The notes under the pieces are model-generated. The model was not told the origin of the DNA, made no database searches, and saw only the letters and a program-made list of their open reading frames with translations. A program made the position numbers and the translations under genes. From the IMG/VR virus record IMGVR_UViG_3300030372_003981, positions 1,609 to 65,608 of that record: a stretch of DNA of 64,000 bases; one strand, given 5' to 3'. This document shows positions 8,525-18,599 of the stretch, one piece after another (position 1 is the stretch's first letter; the number at the start of each line of letters is the position of its first letter). Source of the stretch: a virus (Duplodnaviria; Caudoviricetes).

Positions 8525-11500
8525 ATGAAGTCTAATAGTATACGTACATATTGGGCCAAGGATATAACGATTGAAGCTATTTATGGGAGTAAATTTGAAT
8601 TTACCTTAAATGTAAAAAATAAAGACGGTTCTAATTATAATTTTCCTACAGGCCATGTGGCATTCTTTGGTGTTTACAAGGAAGAGTATTTTTTTAATTT
8701 TGGAGAACCATTACATCAAAACCAATCAGGCTCACCTAGTTTTTATATATTTAACACAACCATAGAAGATGGTAAAATAAGTGTTACTGCACATGACGAG
8801 CAACTAGACTTAAATGCTCTTTTAGCAGTTCCAGGGCAATATAAACACGTTTTATTTACTTATGACCCAGAAGATGCTGGGGCAGGATTCTTAGAAATAT
8901 CTTCAGCAGAAGAAAACCCAAATGCTTATTTAAGAGTTGGGTATCAACATCCAGAATCAACTATAGTTCATACCGTTGAGCCAACAACATTAAATGGCGT
9001 GGGTTATTATCACGAATGGTATCTCTTGCCAGGAGATGACGAGGTTAATGCTTATTGCACCATAGGAGCTCCCACCCCTATACAAGCAAATATGTATGAG
9101 GGTCAAACGTCTCAACAATATTTATTGTCATATCCTTTTAATTATTCTTTCTATTCAGACAGTGAAGGTATGTGGCATAATGACCACTGGATTCATAAAC
9201 AGGCAATGCCACAATTAGAAACGATTATTGGTATACAACAAAAAAATGTAGTTAAATGTTTATGGCCAGTAGAACCAGGAGAAGACACTAATACAATTTG
9301 GGACCAACATGCTGTTACGGTTCCAAGTGGTTCTATCCCTATTGCTCCTTCGGTTTTAGATGGCTATATGGCCACCCCCAATACGCCTTTTATACCTGGA
9401 ATGAACCTTGTTGGATATGACATGAGTGGCCCCGTGTATTATGTTCAGCCTGCTGCACCACAATCCATTACTTATTTTACTGGAGGTGAAGACACGTATT
9501 TTGGGGTTGACGATGATGGCAATCAAATTGTTGTGATATCTGGTCAACAGTTTGATTATGATTTTTGGGTTAATCTTCCTAATAGTTTTACAATGACTCT
9601 TCTTGGCAAGAGGTCCGATGATATATATGTGAAATTTCCTCAAGGAACACCACATTCTTTAACCTCATCAGCTGAGATATGGGGTCTTAACTCTGAAGAA
9701 ATAACAACTAACCTTCAGGAGTATGTTGAAAACAACTCTTTGGCAAACGGTATATATGATGGATTAAGTTCTATTGTTCCTTGGGGTCCAGAGGTAGACT
9801 ATATTAATGTTCCTTCGGTTGATTTTTGGAATTTGTTTTGGCTACAAACTGTGGCGACATTGTCACCTCAAGAAGCAGAAAATGCTGGTGTAGAAATTTC
9901 ATATCCAGCAGGTAATTATACAGGTGTTGCTGATGGCCTTTTAAATGCTTTAATAAACGGCTCGCCAACTAATTTTGTTAACCCTACAGATTTAGATTAT
10001 TATGGACAAAATTCTGTTTTTTATGGTTTTGTTTCAAATGATATAGACTCTCAAACTTTAAGTCTTAACTCTCCTGCAGAATATATCAATACAATGGTTT
10101 CTTATCAAGAGCCTGAAGATGCGGTTCCATACACTCAAGAGCTGTACAACGAATGGGTTTCTGAGGGACAACAGGGAGTCACGGGAAACCCATGGAATGT
10201 GGTATATACGCTTGGTTCTGAAGCTAACAATCCTGCTTATGAAACATTTTTAAATGTTACAGTAAAAGCGTCTATAGTAAATATGGGTAATGCAGACGCT
10301 TATCAAAGTGGAAATTTTACAGGTGACGGCAATTGGCCTGATGCTGTAGCTCAAGGAAACTCAACAACTGTTAGATATGGAATAGAATATCTTGACACAG
10401 GAGAAACAATAGTAGAGCAGAAAGAAGTTTTTTTTGAACCCTTGTATAATGTTTCTATTAATCCTTTTTTTATTGGTCAAAGTGCTGGTGCACAAGGCGC
10501 TGGTGCTGTTGAAGAAATAATAAACGATTACCCAGATGTTTATTCTCCAATATATTACACAACTGGAGTTATTCTCAGTGCTGACCCTCAGGCGGCGGCA
10601 GAACAAACATTGCCTCTTGCCCCAGGAACAATTCTTAATTCTGATTTGCCAAGAAACTTTGAAACAGTATTAGAATTTAACAATATACTTTCTCAAGTTC
10701 AGCCAAACTCAAAAGTAAAACTTTTCTTTTCAGTGGGTAATTTAGTTAACACTTTTCCATATTTAACAAGACAGTGGCAAGAAACAATTTATGGAACTGA
10801 GGTTGTTTCCTCATGGGAGACAGTTGAAAATATTGTTGAGGTTCCAGTTACAGAAACAGTTATAGAAGATGTAATATCATATGAAGAAGTATATAATAGC
10901 GCTTCTTTAAGTTGGGAGGGTGCTTTAGCTCCTGGAGAAAACAATTGGCAAAGATTTATAGATATACCTGTTAATGAAGGAGACACTGATGTTTTGGTGG
11001 CAGGATATTTTAAAACACAAAATAGTAGTACTGATACTGAATTTGGAGATTATTGGGATGGAGAAACCTTAACATATCAAACAGGAATGAATAATATGTA
11101 TATAGGTTATACCGTTAGAGTTAAACAATATACATGGATTAGGTTACTTCAGGTTAGCGGCACTTCAACTAATCAACCGTCTTATGCTGATGATGAAATA
11201 TTTTTTCTAGATAGTTTAAGTGATTATACTGATGAACCTGGTAATGTTGGGGTTCCACTTAGCCAAACAACTAGTTGGATTCCTTTTCGTATAATTGCTC
11301 ACAACCTTACTACTGGAGAAGAGGCAGAGTGTCCATGTGAACAAGGAGACTCTCAAGATGAATTTATACCTATTTATCAGGTGCGACATAGAAGCGGATA
11401 TGCTCAAAATTCTCCTTATCGTGCAGTGGAATCAACTAACAATAATGTAAGAATTGACTTGTATGAGCTACCTGAAGGTTTTTTAAATCATAATGACGAA

Positions 11501-12427
11501 ATAAAATTTTATTTCCATTCTGGAACTCACCACTCAACATTACTTGGCACTGCTCCACCTTCTTTAGAGGGCTATCCTGCTATATATGAATACCCATCAT
11601 ATCAAAATATATCGACTGAACAATTTCCTTATGTGCTTTCTGCTAGTAGTACAAGTTATGATAGGTTACAAAATTCAGGGGAAGATGTAGTTGAGGGTCA
11701 TCCTGCATGGAACACAGAATATGTTGAAGATGAAAATAGAGATGTTTATTGGAGTTTTACAAAAACTAACTATGAGTTTTATGCTAATAGGCTTGATATA
11801 GAATGGAGCTGGTATACTACAAATGAAGTTATAACACCAACAGAAACAGAGGTTATTACCTATGTAAGCCAGGTTGTAGAAACTCAAGTTGAGGTTCAAA
11901 CAGAGGTTGAAACTGAAGATATTGTTACAAATACTGAGAGGGTGATTTCTGGTTTTAATAGAGGTATTTGTAATATTGAGTTTAGTGATTTTGAGTTTCA
12001 AGCTAGAAATTTAGTTACATCTGAAGAAACCACTTTTTATGGTGGTACAATGGAAGACCTTTTGGAGTTTGATTATAAGTTTAAATTGATAAATAGAGAT
12101 ACGGGACAAGAATATCTTCAATGGACAAAAACAGCTACATTAGAGCTTGGTAATTATGCGGGTTTAAACTATGCTGAGTTTTCTCATATAATAAATTTTG
12201 AGGATGTTTATATTGGGGACGGTGCTCCTTTGCAAATTACAGTTGAACCCGATGGTGAATACAGGAGGTTTAATAATGATGAAGAGGGTTATATTAGGCT
12301 TACAAAAACAGAGCTGTCTTCTGCTTGGAAAAATTATTCGTATTTTAGTGGAGATTTATACCCCCAAATACCATCACAATTAAACTATTGGTTATTTGGA
12401 AATTTTGTTTTAAAAAGAAACGTATGA
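8525..12427 (+). CDS. Large acidic tail fibre/appendage-like protein (1300 aa)
   Basis: N-terminal domain paralogous to the 7992 ORF; ends WLFGNFVLK like the adaptor strand; beta-rich and acidic. Confidence 0.55.
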   Translation: MKSNSIRTYWAKDITIEAIYGSKFEFTLNVKNKDGSNYNFPTGHVAFFGVYKEEYFFNFGEPLHQNQSGSPSFYIFNTTIEDGKISVTAHDEQLDLNALLAVPGQYKHVLFTYDPEDAGAGFLEISSAEENPNAYLRVGYQHPESTIVHTVEPTTLNGVGYYHEWYLLPGDDEVNAYCTIGAPTPIQANMYEGQTSQQYLLSYPFNYSFYSDSEGMWHNDHWIHKQAMPQLETIIGIQQKNVVKCLWPVEPGEDTNTIWDQHAVTVPSGSIPIAPSVLDGYMATPNTPFIPGMNLVGYDMSGPVYYVQPAAPQSITYFTGGEDTYFGVDDDGNQIVVISGQQFDYDFWVNLPNSFTMTLLGKRSDDIYVKFPQGTPHSLTSSAEIWGLNSEEITTNLQEYVENNSLANGIYDGLSSIVPWGPEVDYINVPSVDFWNLFWLQTVATLSPQEAENAGVEISYPAGNYTGVADGLLNALINGSPTNFVNPTDLDYYGQNSVFYGFVSNDIDSQTLSLNSPAEYINTMVSYQEPEDAVPYTQELYNEWVSEGQQGVTGNPWNVVYTLGSEANNPAYETFLNVTVKASIVNMGNADAYQSGNFTGDGNWPDAVAQGNSTTVRYGIEYLDTGETIVEQKEVFFEPLYNVSINPFFIGQSAGAQGAGAVEEIINDYPDVYSPIYYTTGVILSADPQAAAEQTLPLAPGTILNSDLPRNFETVLEFNNILSQVQPNSKVKLFFSVGNLVNTFPYLTRQWQETIYGTEVVSSWETVENIVEVPVTETVIEDVISYEEVYNSASLSWEGALAPGENNWQRFIDIPVNEGDTDVLVAGYFKTQNSSTDTEFGDYWDGETLTYQTGMNNMYIGYTVRVKQYTWIRLLQVSGTSTNQPSYADDEIFFLDSLSDYTDEPGNVGVPLSQTTSWIPFRIIAHNLTTGEEAECPCEQGDSQDEFIPIYQVRHRSGYAQNSPYRAVESTNNNVRIDLYELPEGFLNHNDEIKFYFHSGTHHSTLLGTAPPSLEGYPAIYEYPSYQNISTEQFPYVLSASSTSYDRLQNSGEDVVEGHPAWNTEYVEDENRDVYWSFTKTNYEFYANRLDIEWSWYTTNEVITPTETEVITYVSQVVETQVEVQTEVETEDIVTNTERVISGFNRGICNIEFSDFEFQARNLVTSEETTFYGGTMEDLLEFDYKFKLINRDTGQEYLQWTKTATLELGNYAGLNYAEFSHIINFEDVYIGDGAPLQITVEPDGEYRRFNNDEEGYIRLTKTELSSAWKNYSYFSGDLYPQIPSQLNYWLFGNFVLKRNV

Positions 12428-12711
12428 CATATTTAGTATCAAATACATCAGCACTTGAAATTGTTCAAAACAATAGTAGTGGAGCTGGAGAAATAACAAT
12501 AGAGCTTGGACTTACTGGTCCAAATATTATTATCACTAACGCTACCTATGTTGGTGGTGTGTATGGTAATAATGGTAAAAAAAATCCAGGAATGCCATAT
12601 TGTGAGGTGAATGAAAAAATACCAAATTTTACAGATGAAATGGTAGCTATATCTAGCGCCACAACAAATCAAATAACATTAAATTTAGATACAAACATAA
12701 ACCAAATATGA
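12424..12711 (+). CDS. Hypothetical protein
   Basis: ATGA overlap start at 12424 preferred over the track start 12388. Confidence 0.55.
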   Translation: MTYLVSNTSALEIVQNNSSGAGEITIELGLTGPNIIITNATYVGGVYGNNGKKNPGMPYCEVNEKIPNFTDEMVAISSATTNQITLNLDTNINQI

Positions 12712-13196
12712 AATTAGAAGTTATAAGAATATCAAATAGCAATGACTCTACAAGTGGGTTATTATATGTGTCGCATGGAGACTTTGATAAAGAGTTTTTG
12801 TGTTACACCCTAGAGGATGAATATAGAAAAGAAAAAAAATATGGAGAAACAAGAATACCCGAAGGTACGTACAAGCTTGGCCTCAGAACTGTTGGCGGAT
12901 ATAATGAAAAGTATAAAAAACGTTTTAGCGACATTCATATTGGCATGCTTCACGTTCTTGATGTGCCTGGTTTTGAGTATATACTTATACATTGTGGCAA
13001 TACTGACGAGCATACAGCTGGTTGTCTTCTCGTCGGAGACTCCCAAGAAAACAACAAAATCAAGAAGGACGGTTTTATAGGTAGGTCTACACAGGCATAC
13101 AAAAGAATATATCCTGAAATAGCTAAAGCTATAAAGATAGGTCAAGATGTGACAATCACATATAAAGATATAACCAACGGAAATTGCGTATGTTAA
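12708..13196 (+). CDS. DUF5675-family putative endolysin (peptidase)
   Basis: CYTLED, ETRIPEGTY, ILIHCGNT..HTAGCLLVG motifs; adjacent to a holin. Confidence 0.8.
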   Translation: MKLEVIRISNSNDSTSGLLYVSHGDFDKEFLCYTLEDEYRKEKKYGETRIPEGTYKLGLRTVGGYNEKYKKRFSDIHIGMLHVLDVPGFEYILIHCGNTDEHTAGCLLVGDSQENNKIKKDGFIGRSTQAYKRIYPEIAKAIKIGQDVTITYKDITNGNCVC

Positions 13197-13567
13197 AAGG
13201 AATAATGAAAAACCTCATTGGTAATGCAGGAGAGATATTAGACACTGTTATTACTACTGACGAGGAAAGATTAGAAGCAAAAAGAAAACTTAAAGAGCTG
13301 ATGCTCAGTCATCAAGCTCAAATGGAACAAAACATAACTGATAGGTGGAAAGCTGATATGAATAGCGATTCTTGGCTGTCAAAAAACGTTAGACCATTAA
13401 TGCTTATATTTGTAATGGTGTGTACTATGCTTTTGATATTCATAGATGCAGGCTTTTTATCGTTTGAAGTGGAGAGCAAATGGGTAGATTTATTACAATT
13501 AGTGTTAATTACAATTGTGGCTTCTTATTTTGGAGGTCGCTCATTGGAGAAGGTAAAGAAAAAATAA
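13190..13567 (+). CDS. 3TM holin (GTA-type)
   Basis: RWKADMNSDSWLSKNVRP plus TM helices and YFGGRSLEK. Confidence 0.8.
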   Translation: MLKGIMKNLIGNAGEILDTVITTDEERLEAKRKLKELMLSHQAQMEQNITDRWKADMNSDSWLSKNVRPLMLIFVMVCTMLLIFIDAGFLSFEVESKWVDLLQLVLITIVASYFGGRSLEKVKKK

Positions 13568-13568
13568 A

Positions 13569-13898
13569 ATGGCAAAAACACCAGCATGGCAAAGAAAAGA
13601 AGGTAAGAACCCTAGTGGTGGGTTAAACAAAAAAGGAGTTGCTTCTTATAGAAGAGCAAATCCTGGTTCTAAACTTAAAACAGCTGTAACCACCAAACCT
13701 TCTAAATTAAAGAAAGGAAGTAAGTCTGCTAAAAGACGTAAATCTTTTTGTGCCAGAATGAAAGGTATGAAAAAAAGACGTACTAGCGCAAAAACAGCAA
13801 GAGACCCAAATTCAAGAATAAACAAATCTCTCCGTAAATGGAATTGCAATACAGGTTGTAGAGTTCCAATGAGAAAAGTTGGAGAACAACACGATTAA
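13569..13898 (+). CDS. Basic protein of a marine-phage family (DUF6321-like)
   Basis: KNPSGGLNKKG...RRKSFCARM...SLRKWNC; extra tail ending EQHD. Confidence 0.7.
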   Translation: MAKTPAWQRKEGKNPSGGLNKKGVASYRRANPGSKLKTAVTTKPSKLKKGSKSAKRRKSFCARMKGMKKRRTSAKTARDPNSRINKSLRKWNCNTGCRVPMRKVGEQHD

Positions 13899-13900
13899 TT

Positions 13901-14086
13901 ATGGCAAAAAAAGATGCATGTTATCATAAGGTAAAAGCTAGATATAAAGTCTGGCCATCTGCATATGCAAGTGGTGCGTTAGCTAAATGTAGAAAAAAAG
14001 GTGCTAAAAACTGGGGCACAGGTGGTAAAAAGAAAATGACACATGGCGGTAAAATTTGCTGTTTAATAAAGTATCAAAAGGACTAA
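13901..14086 (+). CDS. Small basic marine-phage protein
   Basis: KDACYHKVKARYKVWPSAYASGAL..CRK; tail ending YQKD. Confidence 0.7.
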   Translation: MAKKDACYHKVKARYKVWPSAYASGALAKCRKKGAKNWGTGGKKKMTHGGKICCLIKYQKD

Positions 14087-14355
14087 TGGCTGTACGTAAA
14101 ACAAAAAAAGGTTTAGCTCTTAAACGGTGGTTTAAGGAGGACTGGAGAACTCCTTCTGGCAAGAAAGATTATAAAAGCGGAGAAAGTACTTTTCGCCCCA
14201 CTAAAAAGGTTTCAAAAAAAACCCCTACAACATGGTCGCAATTAAGTCCAGCTGAAAAGGCTGCTGCAAAAAAAGAAAAAAAAAGAAAAGGTAGAGTTAG
14301 TAGGTATAAAAAGAAAAAGAAAAAAGAATACGGCGGAATAATTCAATATGATTAA
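14086..14355 (+). CDS. Small basic protein (DUF5872-like)
   Basis: LKRWFKEDW...FRPTKKVSKKTPTT; TAATG-coupled start; tail ending IQYD. Confidence 0.65.
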   Translation: MAVRKTKKGLALKRWFKEDWRTPSGKKDYKSGESTFRPTKKVSKKTPTTWSQLSPAEKAAAKKEKKRKGRVSRYKKKKKKEYGGIIQYD

Positions 14356-14358
14356 GAT

Positions 14359-14637
14359 ATGGCAAGAAATTCATTAGCTGGTAAAAGAACAGGGAAGTCT
14401 AAAACTGCAAAGTTTTATGCAAAGAATCCAAAATCTAGAAACAAGAAAAAAAAGTATGATACAGAATATCATAGTACAACTAACAGAAAGCGTTACCGCG
14501 CATCACTAAACAAGTTTAATAAAAATAACCCAAATAGCAAAAAAGGTGATGGTAAAGATGCTTCTCATAACTTAAACGGTTCATTAACTTTAGAGATTCA
14601 AAGACGCAATAGAGCTCGAAATAGAAGCAAAAAGTAG
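14359..14637 (+). CDS. Basic protein with degenerate HNH-like segment
   Basis: KGDGKDASH...RNRARN. Confidence 0.5.
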   Translation: MARNSLAGKRTGKSKTAKFYAKNPKSRNKKKKYDTEYHSTTNRKRYRASLNKFNKNNPNSKKGDGKDASHNLNGSLTLEIQRRNRARNRSKK

Positions 14638-14710
14638 TTATAAACAGCTAATTGTTAACAATTTAACCATAAATTTTGTGTTTTCTCTAAAAAAATGTTG
14701 AAATTTGGGC

Positions 14711-15115
14711 ATGTTTAATCCAAAATACATAGCTATTGCATGTATTCAGGCGACTGAAAACAAGTTAGAACTTATCAATAAATTTAACAGTTTGCCTGGC
14801 GATTGGGATATTATTAATCTTGATGGCACTCTTAGACAAGTAAGCAATAAACATAACAATGAAAGTATTTGTGATTCTAATGTTACTAGACTCGCTTATA
14901 TTAAGTCTTTTAAAAATTCACACAAAGACAATAGAACATATATGCAAGTAGACTCAATGGAAGTCTATGTTAAATATCATATTTTAAAAAACCCAAACTT
15001 ATACGTTGCTTGTGCAAGCGTATTCTCAGATTATGAAATGGGTTTTGACATTAAAAATTTTGTTGAAGAGCTAGGAGTGGACTCTAAAAATATAATGTAT
15101 AAAGTTATACTATGA
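14711..15115 (+). CDS. Hypothetical protein
   Basis: ATG 14711 follows a near-consensus -7 element (GAAATTTG 14700-14707) with TTTG 21 nt upstream. Confidence 0.6.
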   Translation: MFNPKYIAIACIQATENKLELINKFNSLPGDWDIINLDGTLRQVSNKHNNESICDSNVTRLAYIKSFKNSHKDNRTYMQVDSMEVYVKYHILKNPNLYVACASVFSDYEMGFDIKNFVEELGVDSKNIMYKVIL

Positions 15116-16395
15116 AAAAAGTAGATGAAATGAAAAAATTCCTATTGGACAATCCCGATAGGTTAAATTCAAAATACGCAGATACTGCGAAAATGTTCGG
15201 AACAAACTATGAACAAGTAAGAAGTCTTGCTAGACAAATAAGAGGCTCACACACTAATAATAGGAGTGCTAAAAAAGAAAGGTTACACATGGAAGAGGGT
15301 CCTGAAGGGAAGTTTATAGTGTCGGAGGACAGCACAAGAATACAGTCACTAGATGATTTACTAGAAGCGTTTAGTGTAGATGATAGTGAATGGGAAGTAG
15401 ATTGGTATGATATAGGAACCTATGAACAAACTGGTTTTGATAAAGATAGAAATCCTATTACTACAACTATGTATCGTTGTAAAGCTAAGCTTAAAAAGGT
15501 TGACCCCTTCAAAAACTTAGAGATAACCAGAAGGTCTTTAATGGAAGACTTAAAAGATATGTCTACGTACAAGCCTAAGATTAACACAAAGCTACAAGGC
15601 CAAGACACTACCGCGCATTGTCTAGAGATTGGAGCATATGATTTACATCTAGGAAAGATAGGTATAATAGGTGATGAGTATTCAATGGATATTGCTCAGG
15701 ATAGATTGTTATCTGCTATACAACATTTATTAAAGAGGGCATCTGGGTTTACTATTGACCAGATTTTATTTGTGGTTGGTAATGATTTTTTAAATACTGA
15801 TGGTGACAAGCCTATTCCTAGAACTACTAAGGGTACTCCTCAGTTTAATAGTGACCACCATATTGAAATGTATAAGCGTGGTAGAAAATTAATTTGTATG
15901 GCTATAGATGAATTAGCTAGTATATGTCCTGTTCATGTAGTTGTTATGCCTGGTAACCATGATGAGGAATGTATAATGTACCTAGGAGATGCATTAGAGC
16001 TGTTCTACGAGAAGAACGAGTCTGTTACTATAGATAACACTAGACCATTAATGAAAGGCTTTAAATACGGAAATAATTTAATTGCCTTTGACCACGGCCA
16101 TAAGATGAAAGCTGATAAGGCTGTGCAGATTTTACCTCAAAGGTTTAGAGAAGTGTGGAGTGATGTTAGATATGTTGAGTTACATAGAGGGCACCTGCAT
16201 GGTGTGCACCATAAAAAAATAGGTGCCACTAGCGAACTTAGTGGTATTACTGTTAGAAATCTAGGAAGCATGTCGGCTACTGACCAATGGCATGATGATA
16301 AAGGGTATATAGGAAATGTTAAAAGAGCACATGGTTTTATATGGTCTAAGTATAATGGTCTTCAAGCTGAATTGTTTTACAATGTTCCTATATAA
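15112..16395 (+). CDS. Calcineurin-like metallophosphoesterase with N-terminal HTH-like region
   Basis: DLHLG, GNDFLNTD, PGNHD, DHGH, HRGHLH motifs. Confidence 0.85.
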   Translation: MKKVDEMKKFLLDNPDRLNSKYADTAKMFGTNYEQVRSLARQIRGSHTNNRSAKKERLHMEEGPEGKFIVSEDSTRIQSLDDLLEAFSVDDSEWEVDWYDIGTYEQTGFDKDRNPITTTMYRCKAKLKKVDPFKNLEITRRSLMEDLKDMSTYKPKINTKLQGQDTTAHCLEIGAYDLHLGKIGIIGDEYSMDIAQDRLLSAIQHLLKRASGFTIDQILFVVGNDFLNTDGDKPIPRTTKGTPQFNSDHHIEMYKRGRKLICMAIDELASICPVHVVVMPGNHDEECIMYLGDALELFYEKNESVTIDNTRPLMKGFKYGNNLIAFDHGHKMKADKAVQILPQRFREVWSDVRYVELHRGHLHGVHHKKIGATSELSGITVRNLGSMSATDQWHDDKGYIGNVKRAHGFIWSKYNGLQAELFYNVPI

Positions 16396-16421
16396 AAAAA
16401 GAGGGGCATAAAGCCCCCCTC
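16394..16421 (-). terminator. Rho-independent terminator at the convergence point
   Basis: GC-rich hairpin (GAGGGG/CCCCTC) followed by T7 on the minus strand. Confidence 0.7.
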
Positions 16422-16440
16422 AAAACAAACATAAAAAGAA

Positions 16441-16935
16441 TTAAACAGTTTGTAATTTAAGTATATTTTCTTTTATAGCAGTATATTGTTTTAATTCTTT
16501 TGATAAGTCTTGAATTCTTTTTGTTAAAATACTATTCTCTTTTTTTAATTTATTAATAGCTTCATAGTGTGACACTAATACTTTTTCTGAATCAAACGTT
16601 CTATCAGCCGCCATTTCAACACACGCATTGTAAATCTTCTTATAATAATTAAGAGTCATCATGTAGCCATGTTGTTTTTCATAGTGGATAATAGATGCGT
16701 GGTCTCTATTTAAGTATCTACCTGAATCCATTTGTGTTAATCCAAATACCCTTCTCAGAATATTACCAACACAAATTCTTATATCGCCTATCATTCTTTT
16801 TCTAGAGGTGCTTGTAAGTTCTTCTAATGTTATGTCGCCCAACTTACATGCTAGACCAATTACTTTGTTTATGTCTTCTCTAACAACTGCTTCGTTGTTT
16901 TCTCTATATGTCGTTGTTTCTATTTCTTTGCTCAT
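16441..16935 (-). CDS. DnaA C-terminal-like (TrpR-type HTH) DNA-binding protein with coiled-coil tail
   Basis: ELTSTSRKR...LTQMDSGRYLNRDHASIIHY. Confidence 0.7.
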   Translation of the reverse strand: MSKEIETTTYRENNEAVVREDINKVIGLACKLGDITLEELTSTSRKRMIGDIRICVGNILRRVFGLTQMDSGRYLNRDHASIIHYEKQHGYMMTLNYYKKIYNACVEMAADRTFDSEKVLVSHYEAINKLKKENSILTKRIQDLSKELKQYTAIKENILKLQTV

Positions 16936-17173
16936 CTGTAGTTTTTTTAATTAAAAATTCATCTTCTACAACTTTACCAACAGACATTATTATATCAAAA
17001 AAGTATTCATAATGTTTGTCGTAATCTTTTCCTGCTTCTTCTGTTAATCTTTGCCCTATATATTCTTCATGAACTGGTTCATAAGGAGACACATCAAGGT
17101 CTTCATATTTCTTTTCTATTTTTCTGTGCGTTAATACCATTGCCAACATGTCGGCTTGTAAAATTATTTTCAT
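16904..17173 (-). CDS. Hypothetical protein
   Basis: Coupled ORF within the operon. Confidence 0.55.
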   Translation of the reverse strand: MKIILQADMLAMVLTHRKIEKKYEDLDVSPYEPVHEEYIGQRLTEEAGKDYDKHYEYFFDIIMSVGKVVEDEFLIKKTTDEQRNRNNDI

Positions 17174-17174
17174 A

Positions 17175-17420
17175 TCATAATAGTTTTAAGTGATTGTCTT
17201 TTACCAACTGATTAAAGTCTTTACTAGACTCAGCCTTATTGTGGCATAGTCTACAAAGTGCCGCGAGGTTTTCAATAAAATCTTTTTGTTTGCTGCCGCC
17301 CATTCCACGGGGGTCAATATGATGGATGTCTACCGCCCTACTCCCGCATGTGGTGCATGGAATGTAGTCATCTTTTATATACCCAAAGTGTTGCATATAT
17401 ATTTTAGTATGTTTCTTCAC
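17175..17420 (-). CDS. HNH endonuclease
   Basis: CTTCG..VDIHHI...NLAALCRLCHNK. Confidence 0.85.
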   Translation of the reverse strand: MKKHTKIYMQHFGYIKDDYIPCTTCGSRAVDIHHIDPRGMGGSKQKDFIENLAALCRLCHNKAESSKDFNQLVKDNHLKLL

Positions 17421-17776
17421 GACCTATGTTCAGTAAAATCACCAGAGGTAATTAAATTATCTGTTTTGGTTTCGTTAAAGTAAAGCCACGCGTTGTATAT
17501 CTTACCGCTCAAAGTTTCTATAGGAACCTTCTTGCGTTTATACCACGACGGGTGACCTTCCAACATATCTAAGTTAAAAAGAATTTTTGGTTTTACCAAA
17601 TATAATTCCCCATATATCTGTGAAACTTGCTCATTCTCAGACACATAGGGAATTCCATTCGCATACATAGCGTAGTTGTTTACTGTTCTTGCAACATCAA
17701 TAAACTCACAATCTACAATCAATCTGTGATTATGATATCCCATTCTTAATGTGCCATATACAAAAATAATCTCCAC
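17417..17776 (-). CDS. Gamma-glutamylcyclotransferase (AIG2-like)
   Basis: IFVYGTLRMGYHNH, GELY, LDMLEG motifs. Confidence 0.9.
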   Translation of the reverse strand: MEIIFVYGTLRMGYHNHRLIVDCEFIDVARTVNNYAMYANGIPYVSENEQVSQIYGELYLVKPKILFNLDMLEGHPSWYKRKKVPIETLSGKIYNAWLYFNETKTDNLITSGDFTEHRS

Positions 17777-18594
17777 TATACTTCAAATATTTTATCTTCA
17801 TTATAATTTTGTGGCAACTCACCCCCATGAACATAAGCTTTATAATCTATGATAGCTTGTGTGTACATAAGCCTACCAGCCTTCAACATATCTTCAGACA
17901 TTTTATATACACACATGCAGTGAGGTCTTAACTTCTCTATTGCATATATATAATAATCTTTATAACCTAAAGCGTCGCAATAAAAAGCTGCTTGCATGTG
18001 GTACTTTTGATTAATAATAACTTCTTTAAAAGCTTCTGGATTTGCATCTCTTGTTGTTTTTAAATCAACTATATATTTTTCTGTAGTATTAACAGCATCT
18101 AACTTACCCTTACATTTTATATCTAAAACCTCATTCTTCCATAGGTATATCTTTTCAAACTGATTACAATTTTCTAATAAAGAATAATGTTCATGTTGCA
18201 TTAACTGAGTTCTCATTTCTAACATTTGAAAATAATCTTTATGAGCCAAATGTTCTTTACCATGTGATTTTTCTACAAACTTTTCCCAAGTAACTTTTCC
18301 CAAAGTTGTTCTTTTGTCTATGCCATCAGGTTCAATTGCATAATGCTTATTAAAATCTAAATTTTCTAACACAAGCATATGAAACGCTGTACCAAATTTC
18401 ATTGCAGCTGTTGCTTTAATAGGATTATTTAACACATGTTGAAAAGCTCTAGGACATTTATCTATAAACATTTTTAATGTAGAGTTTGTCATATACATAT
18501 GGTCATCATAATAGTTAAGGTCTGTAACCTCATTGTCTATGATTGGTGTCATCTTTAACACCTCTTTCTTTTTAACTTCTTTTTTCTTAGGCAT
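17776..18594 (-). CDS. PD-(D/E)XK exonuclease VIII/RecE-like (DUF3799-like)
   Basis: AMKFGTAFH, CKGKLD, IVDLKTT, YHMQAAFY. Confidence 0.85.
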   Translation of the reverse strand: MPKKKEVKKKEVLKMTPIIDNEVTDLNYYDDHMYMTNSTLKMFIDKCPRAFQHVLNNPIKATAAMKFGTAFHMLVLENLDFNKHYAIEPDGIDKRTTLGKVTWEKFVEKSHGKEHLAHKDYFQMLEMRTQLMQHEHYSLLENCNQFEKIYLWKNEVLDIKCKGKLDAVNTTEKYIVDLKTTRDANPEAFKEVIINQKYHMQAAFYCDALGYKDYYIYAIEKLRPHCMCVYKMSEDMLKAGRLMYTQAIIDYKAYVHGGELPQNYNEDKIFEV

Positions 18595-18599
18595 AATAT

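Noticed and set aside
14359-14637. Mobile HNH homing endonuclease
   Set aside because: Only a truncated GDGKDASH-like remnant; the complete catalytic motif is not evident
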